A program made the translations under genes and the position numbers. From the IMG/VR virus record IMGVR_UViG_3300028581_002462, positions 1 to 46,908 of that record: a DNA stretch of 46,908 nt. One strand, 5' to 3'. The stretch's first letter is position 1, and every line of letters begins with the position of its first letter. Shown one piece after another: positions 9,869 to 20,883 of this stretch. Below the pieces are notes generated by a model. That model was not told the origin of the DNA and made no database searches. It worked only from the letters and a program-made list of their open reading frames with translations. This DNA comes from a virus. Lineage: Duplodnaviria > Caudoviricetes.

Positions 9869-12800
9869 AACTAGCAGTTGTTTTCCTTCTATCTTTATTT
9901 TTAACTTTAGGAATAGTTGGAACAGTTTCTGCTTCTCCTTTTGGTTATGATATTGAAAATGGATTAGGTGGTTCTTCAACAGCACCAATCACAGTAGTAA
10001 TAAACCAAACCACAACAAACGTAAACAATTCAGATTATCTTAATGGACACGATTCTTCTTATTTCTATCCAGCTTCTAATCCAGATGGATTTATAGACGA
10101 TGGAAACACAGGTTGGGATAATTTATATGGATTTATAACTAACGCAGTAAATAATTTAATAAACTATTTCACAAAAACAGAAGTAAATGATATGATTGCA
10201 GGAAACTTCACAGCATTAAATAATTCTATTACAAATATTTCTTTAACTCCAGGACCACAAGGAATACCAGGAGTTAATGGAACTAATGGATATACTCCAG
10301 TTTATGGAGTAGATTATAGAAATGGAACTGATGGTACAAATGGAATTGATGGTGTAAACGGAACAAATGGAATTAATGGTGTTAACGGCAGTGATGGTTA
10401 TACTCCAGTTTATGGAGTAGATTATAGAAATGGAACTGATGGTTATACTCCACAATATGGAATAGATTATGTAAACGGAACAAATGGAATTAATGGTGTT
10501 AACGGCAGTGATGGTTATACTCCAGTTTATGGAGTAGATTATAGAAATGGAACTGATGGTATAAACGGAACTAATGGTGTTAATGGTAGTAATGGTATCA
10601 ATGGAACATTCACAGATATACTTAACTCAACTCAATTTTATAATCAATCAACAACTTGGAGTTTAAATCTTACTTGGCTTACTTCAATATTTGATACAAT
10701 CTATTTGAAAATATCTGATATGTTTACTAAACAAGAAATAACAGATATGATTAGTGGTAATTATACAGAGCTTAATAATTCTATCACAAATATTTCTTTA
10801 ACACCTGGACCACAAGGACCTCAAGGAATACCAGGTATAAATGGAACTAATGGTATTAATGGAAGTCAAGGACCACAAGGTATCCCAGGAGTTAATGGAA
10901 CTGATGGTTATACTCCACAATATGGAATTGATTATGTTAATGGAACAAATGGAATTGATGGTGTTAACGGTATTAATGGTGTTAATGGTTCTGACGGATA
11001 TACTCCTCAATATGGTATTGATTATGTTAATGGAACTAACGGCATTAATGGAGTTAATGGAACTAATGGACAAGATGGTATCAACGGAACTTTCACAGAT
11101 ATATTAAATTCAACTCAATTTTATAATGAAAGTAATGTTTGGAGTTTAAACTTATCTTGGTTCAATTCCGTTTATGATTTAATTTATTTAAAAATATCAG
11201 ATATGTTTACTAAGCAAGAAGTTAATGATATGATTGCAGGTAATTATACAACATTAAATAATTCAAAACTAAATATTGGCGACCAAAGATATAATGATAG
11301 TGCTAAGGCAGATTACAACTTCACAACTAATAACTTTAATGGTAACGGAAACTTTAATACTTCAGGTAATATAACAACAACAGGTTATTTAATGGGGCAA
11401 CCATTACTTGGAATGTTAGGTTCAGGTATTATTCAATCAACTGAAACAAATCCTTTAAGTGAAGTTAATGTAACTTGTTCAGGATTAAATTGTTCTTATA
11501 ATGCTTTTGAAGTTAGATTAGTTAGTGGAACATCAAATCAATTTGCTACATATTGTAAAATACCTGCAAGTAGTATGGTAGTTACAGATAATAATCATAT
11601 AGTTTTATATGTAGATAGTAATTGTGCTATTCAATCTACAACTATTGAAACTTGGTATGGAGGAACAATACAAACAGGAGGATTATGGGATTTTGCTAAT
11701 ACTGTTTGTTATAATGGGGCTTGTGAAGTAAGTAATGGAATTGGACTTGAACAAAGGAGAATGATGAAACAAAGAGTATTAGACTTTAATGAAATGCATT
11801 TAAAGGTTGTTAGTGGACTTGATAAACAAATAAGCACATTCCCCGGATTTAATATAACATCAGGTAAATATATTTATTTAATGGATGTTGTTACAACTGC
11901 TCCAGTTAATGCTAATCAATCAGGAACTTTAGAATATATTTATCATAATTCAAGTATGGCTAGTGGATGGACAACAGTAGATACATCAGGTATACAATTA
12001 ACTAAATGTGATAATGGAACTAATTTAGTAACTTGCACTGGAAATAATTGGAGAAGATATTTTATTTATATGGTTGGTTGGAATGAAACAGGTAAGACAA
12101 CAAGTGGAGTCCATCAAACTGCCGCATTACTTGGAACATCTTATTCTTCTTTAGCAAATTGTTTAGATACAAATCTTAATCCTCTAGTTTACAATCTTCC
12201 ATCTTGGTATGTAACAAGTGCAGTGCCTCTTTATGCTTATTGTGCGAGAAGAACAGATACAGCAACACAATGGTTATCAGCTAACTTTATTGATTTAAGA
12301 ACTGTTAAAACAGGTTCATCTTCAACAAGTGCTTTAGAAACTGACCCAGTATGGACAGCAGAAAAGGTTAATTATTATACTGCTAGTCAGATAGATGCTA
12401 ATAATTGGAACTCTACTTATAATGCAACTTACGATGCTACAACTCAAAATGTAAATGCTAATCAATCAAATTGGTTTAGTAAATATAATGCAAGTTATTT
12501 AACAAGTTCTTACAATACTACATACGATGCAACTAGTGCTGATGTAAGTGCTAATAGAACTAATTGGGAAAGTAAGTATAACAGTTCATATTTAACAAGT
12601 TCTTATAATGCTACTTATGATGCTACAACTTCACAATGGAATGGTAATTATACAGCATCTAGTAAATATTGGTATAATATGACACCTACTACATTTTACA
12701 ATTCAAGTTATTTAACATCTTCATACAATGCAACTTATGATGCTAAGAATACTTCATCAATAAAATCTATTAATACAACTCAATTCTCAACTGATAGTAA

Positions 12801-13446
12801 TGGAGTATTAAATCTAATTGAAAGTTGGATTAGAGGAGTTATAACAGGTTATGGATATTTAACAAGTTCAGCTAATACAACTTATAGTGCAACAAGTGCT
12901 GATGTAAGTGCTAATCGTTCTGCTTGGTTTTCTACTTATAATGCTTCTTATATGACTAATACTTATAATTCTACATACGATGCTACAACTTCTCAATGGA
13001 ATGGAAACTATACTGCATCTAGTAAGTATTGGTATAATATGACTAATAATATATTTTATAACAGTTCATATTTAACAAGTTCTTATAATGCTACTTATGA
13101 TGCTACAACAAAGAATGTAGATGCTAATTATACAACTTGGGAAAGCACATATAATAGTTCTTATCTAACATCTTCTTATAATTCTACTTATCATACAACA
13201 AGTTTAGATCTTACAGCAAATAGAACTGCTTTCTTATCAACTTACAATAGTTCTTATCTAACATCTTCTGCTAATACAAGTTACTTATTAAAAGCAGGAG
13301 ATAGTATGACTGGCAATATAAATATGACTACAAAGAATGTTACTAATTTAGGCTATATCAAAATAGATAGTATTGGTAATGCTCCTTGTGAACCTACAAG
13401 TGGAAATATTTGTAGAAATGCTAGTGGTATGTTCTTATATGGATAA
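9865..13446 (+). CDS. Secreted collagen-like, sequon-rich fibre/adhesin
   Basis: Sec-type signal peptide; GPQG and G(I/V)NG(T/S) triplets; Cys-containing beta domain; C-terminal YNSSYLTSSYNATYDAT repeats. Confidence 0.85.
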   Translation: MKLAVVFLLSLFLTLGIVGTVSASPFGYDIENGLGGSSTAPITVVINQTTTNVNNSDYLNGHDSSYFYPASNPDGFIDDGNTGWDNLYGFITNAVNNLINYFTKTEVNDMIAGNFTALNNSITNISLTPGPQGIPGVNGTNGYTPVYGVDYRNGTDGTNGIDGVNGTNGINGVNGSDGYTPVYGVDYRNGTDGYTPQYGIDYVNGTNGINGVNGSDGYTPVYGVDYRNGTDGINGTNGVNGSNGINGTFTDILNSTQFYNQSTTWSLNLTWLTSIFDTIYLKISDMFTKQEITDMISGNYTELNNSITNISLTPGPQGPQGIPGINGTNGINGSQGPQGIPGVNGTDGYTPQYGIDYVNGTNGIDGVNGINGVNGSDGYTPQYGIDYVNGTNGINGVNGTNGQDGINGTFTDILNSTQFYNESNVWSLNLSWFNSVYDLIYLKISDMFTKQEVNDMIAGNYTTLNNSKLNIGDQRYNDSAKADYNFTTNNFNGNGNFNTSGNITTTGYLMGQPLLGMLGSGIIQSTETNPLSEVNVTCSGLNCSYNAFEVRLVSGTSNQFATYCKIPASSMVVTDNNHIVLYVDSNCAIQSTTIETWYGGTIQTGGLWDFANTVCYNGACEVSNGIGLEQRRMMKQRVLDFNEMHLKVVSGLDKQISTFPGFNITSGKYIYLMDVVTTAPVNANQSGTLEYIYHNSSMASGWTTVDTSGIQLTKCDNGTNLVTCTGNNWRRYFIYMVGWNETGKTTSGVHQTAALLGTSYSSLANCLDTNLNPLVYNLPSWYVTSAVPLYAYCARRTDTATQWLSANFIDLRTVKTGSSSTSALETDPVWTAEKVNYYTASQIDANNWNSTYNATYDATTQNVNANQSNWFSKYNASYLTSSYNTTYDATSADVSANRTNWESKYNSSYLTSSYNATYDATTSQWNGNYTASSKYWYNMTPTTFYNSSYLTSSYNATYDAKNTSSIKSINTTQFSTDSNGVLNLIESWIRGVITGYGYLTSSANTTYSATSADVSANRSAWFSTYNASYMTNTYNSTYDATTSQWNGNYTASSKYWYNMTNNIFYNSSYLTSSYNATYDATTKNVDANYTTWESTYNSSYLTSSYNSTYHTTSLDLTANRTAFLSTYNSSYLTSSANTSYLLKAGDSMTGNINMTTKNVTNLGYIKIDSIGNAPCEPTSGNICRNASGMFLYG
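10230..11260 (+). repeat. Collagen-like repeats within a ~0.5 kb internal duplication
   Basis: GYTPVYGVDYRNGTD x3, GYTPQYGIDYVNGTN x3; TDILNSTQFYN...IYLKISDMFTKQE occurs twice. Confidence 0.9.
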
Positions 13447-13448
13447 AA

Positions 13449-15914
13449 ATGGTAAATAAAAAGTTTATTATATTTGGTATAGTAAGTATTTTATTAATAG
13501 GATTTTTAACTTTTGTTTATGCACAAGAGTTTTCTACAATAGATAAAACTTATACTAAAACTCCAACAGCTGATTTATCAACATTCATTAAAGAAGATTT
13601 TAATACAAAATATGGAGCTATTACTTTATCTGATAGTGCTAAGATTGGAGAAAAGAAAATGGCTGAGTTCTCTTTAATAAGTAATACTGAAAAATGTTTA
13701 GATAAATGTTTCCAACATTATAAAGCTACATTATATCAGCCAATGAGTTTATTTGATAAGGTAGATTATAATATTTTACAAGGAGAAGGTAGTTTAAGTT
13801 CTATTCCTAAAGTTACAATAAAGTATAATGAAACATATTATGAAGAAGTAATAGATAAGATAATGGAGAAATGTGAAGATATTTCTAATAAAACATTTGA
13901 AGGAAAATATTGTTATAACATTACTTTAACTACAAAAAATATAACTAAGACTAGAGATAGTTGGAAAGAATATAATGGAGAGATTTTACCAATAGGTAAT
14001 TATGAATACCAAATTACTGGAAAGTTAGAAAGAAACCAAATAATAGATGTTGTTCAAACTACAAGTAATAAACAATTTACTGAATGGACTACTTGGACTG
14101 CATCAGATTGTATTGGTATTGGAGGAACAATAACAATAGATGGAGATTATTGTGTTCATACTTATTTAACAAGTTCTAGTTTTAATTTAACAACAACTAA
14201 TTCTATAAATGCAACAGTATTAGTTGTAGCAGGTGGAGGAGGTGGAGGTTTTGATTTAGGAGGTGGTGGAGGAGGTGGAGGTTTAATATATACTATGTCA
14301 GTTAATGTAAGTGCTAATACTACTGTATCAATTGGTTTAGGTGGAGGACCTGCATCAGCAACTTCAATGAGTGGTTATAGAGGACAAAATTCTTCTTTTG
14401 GAACTACTATTGCATTGGGTGGTGGTGGAGGTAAATCAAGAAGTGGTATTGTTCAAAGCACAGGTGGAAGTGGAGGTGGAGGTTCTTATGCACAGGCATT
14501 AGGAGCATTAGGAACTGTAAACCAAGGTAAAAATGGTGGTAATTTATCTGCATCTTATGGTTGTGGAGGAGGTGGAGGAGCAGGTGCACTTGGTGGAACA
14601 AGTGGAAGTGATAGTGGAGGAAATGGTGGAGTTGGTTTAGCATACACAATTAATGGAACATCAAATTATTATGCAGGTGGTGGAGGTGGAGGTGCAGGTG
14701 GAGCAGGTAGTAGGTCAGCAGGAGGACTAGGGGGTGGAGGTGCAGGTGGTAAGGATGCAGTTGCAGGAGTTAGTGGAATTAATGGAACTGGAGGAGGAGG
14801 AGGAGGAGGTGGTTCAAGTGGAGCTCAAGGAGCAGGAGGAAGTGGAGTTGTTATTGTAAGATATTTAGCAGGTTATCCAAATATTGTAGTAACTATGAAT
14901 TACCCCTTAGATAATCAAGTATATACAAATACAAGTCAATTATTTAATTGTTCAGCTTTTAATACAACAAGATTAACAGTTCAAGTTTGGAATGATACTA
15001 TTATAAATGGTTTAGTAGCATATTATGATTTTGAAGAAACAAGTGGGGTTAGATTGAAAGGTTGGAATGGTGTTAATAATGGTTCAAATAGTGGAGCAAC
15101 AATAAGTCAAAGTAGTAAATTAGGTAATAGTTATTTGTTTAATGGTAATAAATATGTAACAATTAATAATACTCCACAGTTAAGTATTGCTAATAATGCA
15201 CCTATGACTATTTCTGCTTGGGTAAATGTTAGTAGATTTCCAGTTAATAATAATTGGGGAATGATAGTAGGCAAAGATCACAATGTAGCAACATCAACAT
15301 CTCCTTATGAATTTAGAATACAGAATACTTCAGGATTAAATTTAGTATATTTTGGAGCTTATAATGGAAGTGATTTTTCAACAACTTGGAATAGTGGAAC
15401 AGGATTAACCGATAAGGACTATCATAATTTAGTAGGACAATATAATGGAACTGCTTGGTTAATTTATTATGATGGAGTTTTAAAGAATTTTACTGCTAAT
15501 GCTTTTGGACCTAAAGTTAATGCTCTTAATGTAAGTATCGGAGCATTTTTTATTAGTGGAGCTTATGCTAGGTTTTTTAATGGTTCAATAGATGATGTTG
15601 GTATTTGGAATAGAAGTTTAAGTGCATCAGAAGTATTAGATATATATAATGATGGTAATGCTTCAAGAGGTTTAATTACAAGATACTCTAATTCAAGTGC
15701 AATAGACGGAGATTATGTTTATACAGATAGTTTAGCTGTTGGGCAACATTATACTAGATGTATTTCTAGAAATTCAGTTGAACAAATGAATACAACATCT
15801 AAAATAAGTTTTAATATAACTTCAGCAGTTACTAATTGTTGGACAAAGACATCTACACTTTTATTTATTCCAACTGGATGTGTTTATAATATTGCGAGTG
15901 GGGGAATGGGATGA
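13449..15914 (+). CDS. Exported Gly-rich plus LamG-like adhesin
   Basis: Signal/TM; VVAGGGGGG...GGSGVVIVRY Gly-rich domain; LamG hallmarks TISAWV, YHNLVG, FNGSIDDVGIWNRSLS. Confidence 0.85.
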   Translation: MVNKKFIIFGIVSILLIGFLTFVYAQEFSTIDKTYTKTPTADLSTFIKEDFNTKYGAITLSDSAKIGEKKMAEFSLISNTEKCLDKCFQHYKATLYQPMSLFDKVDYNILQGEGSLSSIPKVTIKYNETYYEEVIDKIMEKCEDISNKTFEGKYCYNITLTTKNITKTRDSWKEYNGEILPIGNYEYQITGKLERNQIIDVVQTTSNKQFTEWTTWTASDCIGIGGTITIDGDYCVHTYLTSSSFNLTTTNSINATVLVVAGGGGGGFDLGGGGGGGGLIYTMSVNVSANTTVSIGLGGGPASATSMSGYRGQNSSFGTTIALGGGGGKSRSGIVQSTGGSGGGGSYAQALGALGTVNQGKNGGNLSASYGCGGGGGAGALGGTSGSDSGGNGGVGLAYTINGTSNYYAGGGGGGAGGAGSRSAGGLGGGGAGGKDAVAGVSGINGTGGGGGGGGSSGAQGAGGSGVVIVRYLAGYPNIVVTMNYPLDNQVYTNTSQLFNCSAFNTTRLTVQVWNDTIINGLVAYYDFEETSGVRLKGWNGVNNGSNSGATISQSSKLGNSYLFNGNKYVTINNTPQLSIANNAPMTISAWVNVSRFPVNNNWGMIVGKDHNVATSTSPYEFRIQNTSGLNLVYFGAYNGSDFSTTWNSGTGLTDKDYHNLVGQYNGTAWLIYYDGVLKNFTANAFGPKVNALNVSIGAFFISGAYARFFNGSIDDVGIWNRSLSASEVLDIYNDGNASRGLITRYSNSSAIDGDYVYTDSLAVGQHYTRCISRNSVEQMNTTSKISFNITSAVTNCWTKTSTLLFIPTGCVYNIASGGMG

Positions 15915-15936
15915 AAATAGTATCCCTATAGAGAGA

Positions 15937-15951
15937 CGAAACATTTATTAA
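15937..15951 (+). promoter_or_regulatory. Archaeal BRE/TATA promoter
   Basis: cGAAAcaTTTATTAA ends about 25 nt before ATG 15977. Confidence 0.6.
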
Positions 15952-15976
15952 CCAGGTTTACTTAAGAAAAATAACA

Positions 15977-16726
15977 ATGAAATTTGCAAATACATTTATT
16001 TTTTGTATGCTTTTGTTAGTAATTATACCGTCTATATCTGCAACTACTGGAAATCTTGGAACATTTAAACAAAATGAATGTATAAATCTTTTACAAACTT
16101 GTGCTGATTGTACTTATAATAATATTACTTCTGTTACTATAGGACAATATAGTACTAAATTATTAGGATTAACTTCTATGGAAAGATCAGGGACAATATT
16201 TAATTATACTTTTTGCGATACATTAGTTCCAGGAATATATACTGTTGATGGATATGGAAATCCAGCAGGAACAAAAACAATTTGGAATTATAAATTTGAA
16301 GTAACTGCAACAGGACAAGATTCTACCGTTAGTAAGTCAATAACTTATGTTTTATTATTTATATTTTCAATTATTATATTCGGAGGATTAGTTTATATGG
16401 GAATTGGTATTCCATATAGCAATAAGACAGATGAAATGACTGGTTATGTATTGGCTGTTTCAAATATTAAATATTTAAAATTAACTTTATTAGGTTTATC
16501 TTATGTAGTTGCTGTATTTATAGCATATTTTTCTTGGATGTTAAGTTATGCTTATCTTGATATGGACTTCTTATCTAGTATATTACAATTTTTATTTTAT
16601 GGTCTTGCGGTATTATTAGTTCCAATATTTATTCTGTTTGTTTATTTAATAATTGCTAATCTAGTTAGAGATAGTAAAATAGCAGAAGCATTACAAAGAG
16701 GTTTTACAGTAGATGGTAAAGAGTAA
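15977..16726 (+). CDS. Membrane protein with exported beta domain and three TMs
   Basis: Signal peptide, Cys-containing beta domain, three C-terminal hydrophobic helices. Confidence 0.8.
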   Translation: MKFANTFIFCMLLLVIIPSISATTGNLGTFKQNECINLLQTCADCTYNNITSVTIGQYSTKLLGLTSMERSGTIFNYTFCDTLVPGIYTVDGYGNPAGTKTIWNYKFEVTATGQDSTVSKSITYVLLFIFSIIIFGGLVYMGIGIPYSNKTDEMTGYVLAVSNIKYLKLTLLGLSYVVAVFIAYFSWMLSYAYLDMDFLSSILQFLFYGLAVLLVPIFILFVYLIIANLVRDSKIAEALQRGFTVDGKE

Positions 16727-17498
16727 TACTTGGATGTTAAAAGCTCCAATACAACTAAAAGAAAGATTAGATAAAGTTAGAATAGAGAGAATAAAGAATG
16801 GAAAAGACAAACAAATGACAACCTATAACAGATTATGTTTAGCAATGTCCAGACATGAAGCATTATTAAATGATTTAGCAACAGCAGATTTTATTAAGGA
16901 TAAGAGGGGACAATTAGGAGGACAAGAAGCAGGAGGTTCAGTATTTAGTATATTTCAATTTATGATTGTTGCATTTTTAGCTATTGTTATGTTCGCAGGT
17001 ATGATTTATGTTCAAGGAGAACTTAATATTTTATTTCATGATGTTGGAGTTATGAACGATCAAAATAATCCAGGTAAAAATTCTACTGATGGTTCTGGAT
17101 ATGTTAATATGACGTTAGCAGCAGATCAGACTTTTGGTGAAGTAAATAAATCTATTCAAGCATTACGTATGGTGGCCTTAGTTTATATTTTAGCGTTAGC
17201 TATTAGTATTATAATTACAAATTTACTTATAAGATTACATCCTATATGGTTCTTTGCATACATGTTAATTTCACTCTTAGCAATTGTATTTTCAGTACCA
17301 ATATCCAATTCTTATGAAGTATTAAAAAATACAAATGTATTTGTAGGTAGTGATGGAAGTGGTGGTTTAGCTTCATTTGTTGGAGCAAATTTCTTCATGG
17401 AATATCTACCAATTTTAGTTTTAGTTATAAGCATACTTGGTGGAGTATTTTTATTTATAAATTTGATAAGATCTGGACAAGAAGGAGAATTTAGATAA
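16713..17498 (+). CDS. Four-TM protein with internal KRG|Q class III-like site; possible minor capsid protein
   Basis: Soluble 66-aa N-terminus ending DKRG|QL, then two helical hairpins; LAADQT resembles LAANQT in the 111-aa capsid candidate. Confidence 0.7.
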   Translation: MVKSNTWMLKAPIQLKERLDKVRIERIKNGKDKQMTTYNRLCLAMSRHEALLNDLATADFIKDKRGQLGGQEAGGSVFSIFQFMIVAFLAIVMFAGMIYVQGELNILFHDVGVMNDQNNPGKNSTDGSGYVNMTLAADQTFGEVNKSIQALRMVALVYILALAISIIITNLLIRLHPIWFFAYMLISLLAIVFSVPISNSYEVLKNTNVFVGSDGSGGLASFVGANFFMEYLPILVLVISILGGVFLFINLIRSGQEGEFR

Positions 17499-17499
17499 A

Positions 17500-20400
17500 A
17501 TGGTAAAAAAACAAGTTATATTCGGAAAAATGGCTTTATTTAGCTTGATTACAGCAACTTTAATTATGTTTATGATATTTAATATGGTGGTAGTTTCAGC
17601 ACAAGAAATAATTAAAGAAGATGATGGAAAAGTTGGTGTTTCAGATATAATTATTCCAACAAATGCATTAACTGATAGAGCTGGAAATAGTTTAGATAAT
17701 ATTAAAGAGTTTACTAAAGATATTGAAATGGAATATGGTAAAATTGATATTAAAAATAGTTTCTTATGGTTTTTACCAACATCTACTATTGAAACAATTG
17801 AATTAAAGAAAAATACTAATATTTGTGGACAATTTTGTTCTGCTGAAAAAGAAATAACAATCTATACTGATACTAAGTTAATTGATAGTATTAAGTTTAT
17901 GAAATTAGAAGATAATGGAAATTGGGTTAGAAGTAATATAAGAAATTATAAATTTTATATTAGAAGTAAACAAACTCCTTATGAAGTTGAAGATACAAAG
18001 TGGGTATGCAAAGATACTGGATTTATAGATGAGAAAAATGGAAGTGCTATACAAGATTGTTCTAATCAAGTAGTTGGAAGTCATACTGAATACGAAGATA
18101 GTTGGATAGAATATAATTATGAAGTTATGCCTACTGGAACTTATTATGTTAAATTAGAAGGGGAGAAAAGACCTGAGTTTACTTATGATTGGATAATTAC
18201 TTCACAAGGTAAAGAGATTAGTGAATGGAGTGTATGGGGAAGTAGTGTTTTAGCAACAAGTTCTCAAGCATATTATAACTTTGATGGACAGGGTTCATTA
18301 TTAAATGAAAATGGTGCTTTTAATTTAACTGCTGGGAAAGTTGGAACTAATGGAGTATCTACTTATGGAGTATCTGGTTATTCTGATAATGATTCTAAAG
18401 TTAGTTTTAATGGTGTAACAACTGCATCTTATACTTTTTGGTTTAAAGGAACAGGGCAATCTAAACAAATGATGGGAATGGGAAAAGGTGGAGGTAATCA
18501 AGGATTTTATATACAAAATGATGCAGTTAATAGATTACAAGCTTGGGCTAGAAATAGTGCTGATAATTATGCTTTTATAACTCCTGCTAGTTTATATGAT
18601 GGTAACTGGCATCACGTTGGAGTTATTTGGGATATTACAAATGCTACGACAAATAGTAGAATAAGATTCTATATTGATGGAGCTTTAGATATAACTGGTT
18701 ATTCAAGTGGTTGGAATAATCAAACTGCGATTAATACTGGAGCTGGAGTATTTTATCTAGGTTCAGATTATTTAGCAGCTAATAATTATGATGCAATATT
18801 TGATGAAGTTGGAGTATGGAATAAATCATTAACACTATCAGATATTACTACATTATATAATTCTGGAACTGGTTTAGCTTATCCTTTCTCTTCTTCAATA
18901 ACATTAAACTCTCCAGTAAATAATTATGGAACAAATATAAGTTCAATTAATTTTAATTGTTCTTCATCAACAGTTGGAGCAACTTTAGTTAATATGTCTT
19001 TAATGTTTAATAATGCTATAAATCAAACATTTTCAAAAACTGGAACAACAAATAATTCAATATTTACAAAATCTATGTCTGAAGGGCAATATAATTGGAC
19101 TTGTCAAGCTTGTGATAGTGATGGAGTTTGTAGTGGTGGAGAAAATAGAAGTGTATCAATTGATACTACTGCTCCAAAAATATCATTAATATATCCTGCA
19201 TCAGTAGTTAATTATGCTTATTTAGGACAAAATATTTCGTTAAATTATTCTATAACTGATTTAAACATTAATACTTGTTGGTATAATTATAATGGTTCTG
19301 ATAAAGTTATACCCTGCACAGCTAATTCAACATTTATATTAACTTCGCAGAAGAATATGACTATTTATGCAAATGATACTGCTGGTAATTTAAACAGTTC
19401 ATTTTTTAGTTGGGATTATAGTATATTTGAAAATGTATTAAGTTATAGTAAATCTACAATTGCTGGAAGTACTGAAAATTTTATATTTAATATGACTCCT
19501 AGTACAATATACACTTCCATATCTCCATTTTTGATATATAATGGAACTTCATATACGATGGATTATTCTGGAGGAGTATATTCAAAATCTATTATTATTC
19601 CAAATATCGCACCTAGAACTAATAATACTTTTTATATTTCAACAATACTTTCAAATTCATCTGGAACTATAACCATAAATAGTACATTGTATACTCAAAA
19701 TATTAGTTCTTTATTAATGGATAATTGCTCATTATATACAAATAAAGTAATTAGTTTTAATATGGTTGATGAAGAAACATTAGCTAATATCTCTGGAACA
19801 ATTAATGTTTTAGCAAAATTCTATTCATTAGATAGAAGTATTTTAGTAAATACATATAATGGTACATTAAATTATGATGGAGTTACTCCAGTATCAATAT
19901 GTTTAGCTAATTTAACTTCTCAATATTCATTAGACTATGTAACTCAATTTTATAGTAATCAATCTTTATATTTTATAAAATATAAATCAATGCAAAATTT
20001 TGTATTATCTAATTTGACTTCTGGACAAAATATAACTCTTTATGATTTATTATATAATTCAGGTAATATATTTCAATTGAGAGTAAGAGGATTATCTGAC
20101 AATACAAATGTATTAGTGGATATACAAAAACAATATTTATCAAAAAGTGAATTTATTTCAACTGAAAGTTATATCTCAGATAGCGATGGTATAGCTATTG
20201 GACATTTAGTTACTTCTAGTGCAGTTTATAATTTTGTTTTATCAAGAAATGGGGTAATTTTAGGTAGCTTCAATAATTATCAGGTAAAATGTAATAATGC
20301 TATAACTGGTGATTGTTATGTAATATTAAATGTTTATGATTCTTCAATATTATTACCTAATTTTAAAAGTTATGGAAATATAGATGGAGCATTTACTTTA

Positions 20401-20883
20401 GTTAAAGCAACTAGAACTTTACAATTTACATTTTCAACTACAGATGGACAAGCACATACAGTAGATCAACAGATAGTTAAGTTTGGCGGTTCTAGTAATA
20501 TTACTATATGTAATATATCTACATATGGAACTTCTGGAACTTTAACATGTGTTATTCCTGAATCTTATGGAAATACTACATTTATGGCTAGAACTTATGT
20601 ACATTCTGATAAATTATATATTAATACTTATATATTTTCTTTTGGTAAAAATCCAAATTTTACAGGTGTTGAAGTTTTATTAGAAATGTTATTATATTCT
20701 ACTTTAGTATTAATGTTTTTATCTGATCCTATACTTGTAATACTTGGAGCAGTATTAGGATTTACATTAGCAATGGTATTATTATTCTTAGGAAGTGATT
20801 CAACTATTACTATAATATCTACAGTAATATTCTTTATTGCAGCAGGTGCAATAATTATAGCTAAGCTAGGGAGGAGAATGTAA
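17500..20883 (+). CDS. Large LamG/Ig-like adhesin with C-terminal TM anchors (candidate tail/spike protein)
   Basis: Signal peptide; N-terminal domain similar to that of 13449-15914; LamG motifs WHHVGV and DEVGVWNKSL; three C-terminal TMs. Confidence 0.85.
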   Translation: MVKKQVIFGKMALFSLITATLIMFMIFNMVVVSAQEIIKEDDGKVGVSDIIIPTNALTDRAGNSLDNIKEFTKDIEMEYGKIDIKNSFLWFLPTSTIETIELKKNTNICGQFCSAEKEITIYTDTKLIDSIKFMKLEDNGNWVRSNIRNYKFYIRSKQTPYEVEDTKWVCKDTGFIDEKNGSAIQDCSNQVVGSHTEYEDSWIEYNYEVMPTGTYYVKLEGEKRPEFTYDWIITSQGKEISEWSVWGSSVLATSSQAYYNFDGQGSLLNENGAFNLTAGKVGTNGVSTYGVSGYSDNDSKVSFNGVTTASYTFWFKGTGQSKQMMGMGKGGGNQGFYIQNDAVNRLQAWARNSADNYAFITPASLYDGNWHHVGVIWDITNATTNSRIRFYIDGALDITGYSSGWNNQTAINTGAGVFYLGSDYLAANNYDAIFDEVGVWNKSLTLSDITTLYNSGTGLAYPFSSSITLNSPVNNYGTNISSINFNCSSSTVGATLVNMSLMFNNAINQTFSKTGTTNNSIFTKSMSEGQYNWTCQACDSDGVCSGGENRSVSIDTTAPKISLIYPASVVNYAYLGQNISLNYSITDLNINTCWYNYNGSDKVIPCTANSTFILTSQKNMTIYANDTAGNLNSSFFSWDYSIFENVLSYSKSTIAGSTENFIFNMTPSTIYTSISPFLIYNGTSYTMDYSGGVYSKSIIIPNIAPRTNNTFYISTILSNSSGTITINSTLYTQNISSLLMDNCSLYTNKVISFNMVDEETLANISGTINVLAKFYSLDRSILVNTYNGTLNYDGVTPVSICLANLTSQYSLDYVTQFYSNQSLYFIKYKSMQNFVLSNLTSGQNITLYDLLYNSGNIFQLRVRGLSDNTNVLVDIQKQYLSKSEFISTESYISDSDGIAIGHLVTSSAVYNFVLSRNGVILGSFNNYQVKCNNAITGDCYVILNVYDSSILLPNFKSYGNIDGAFTLVKATRTLQFTFSTTDGQAHTVDQQIVKFGGSSNITICNISTYGTSGTLTCVIPESYGNTTFMARTYVHSDKLYINTYIFSFGKNPNFTGVEVLLEMLLYSTLVLMFLSDPILVILGAVLGFTLAMVLLFLGSDSTITIISTVIFFIAAGAIIIAKLGRRM

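Noticed and set aside
10288-11090. Regularly spaced repeats resembling a CRISPR array
   Set aside because: In-frame coding repeats with synonymous variation; no unique spacers and no cas genes.
2657-14649. Alternate-frame and antisense ORFs inside large genes (2657, 6719, 7787, 10243, 10798, 10841, 14407)
   Set aside because: Shadows of repetitive or biased coding sequence, with no SD or promoter support.
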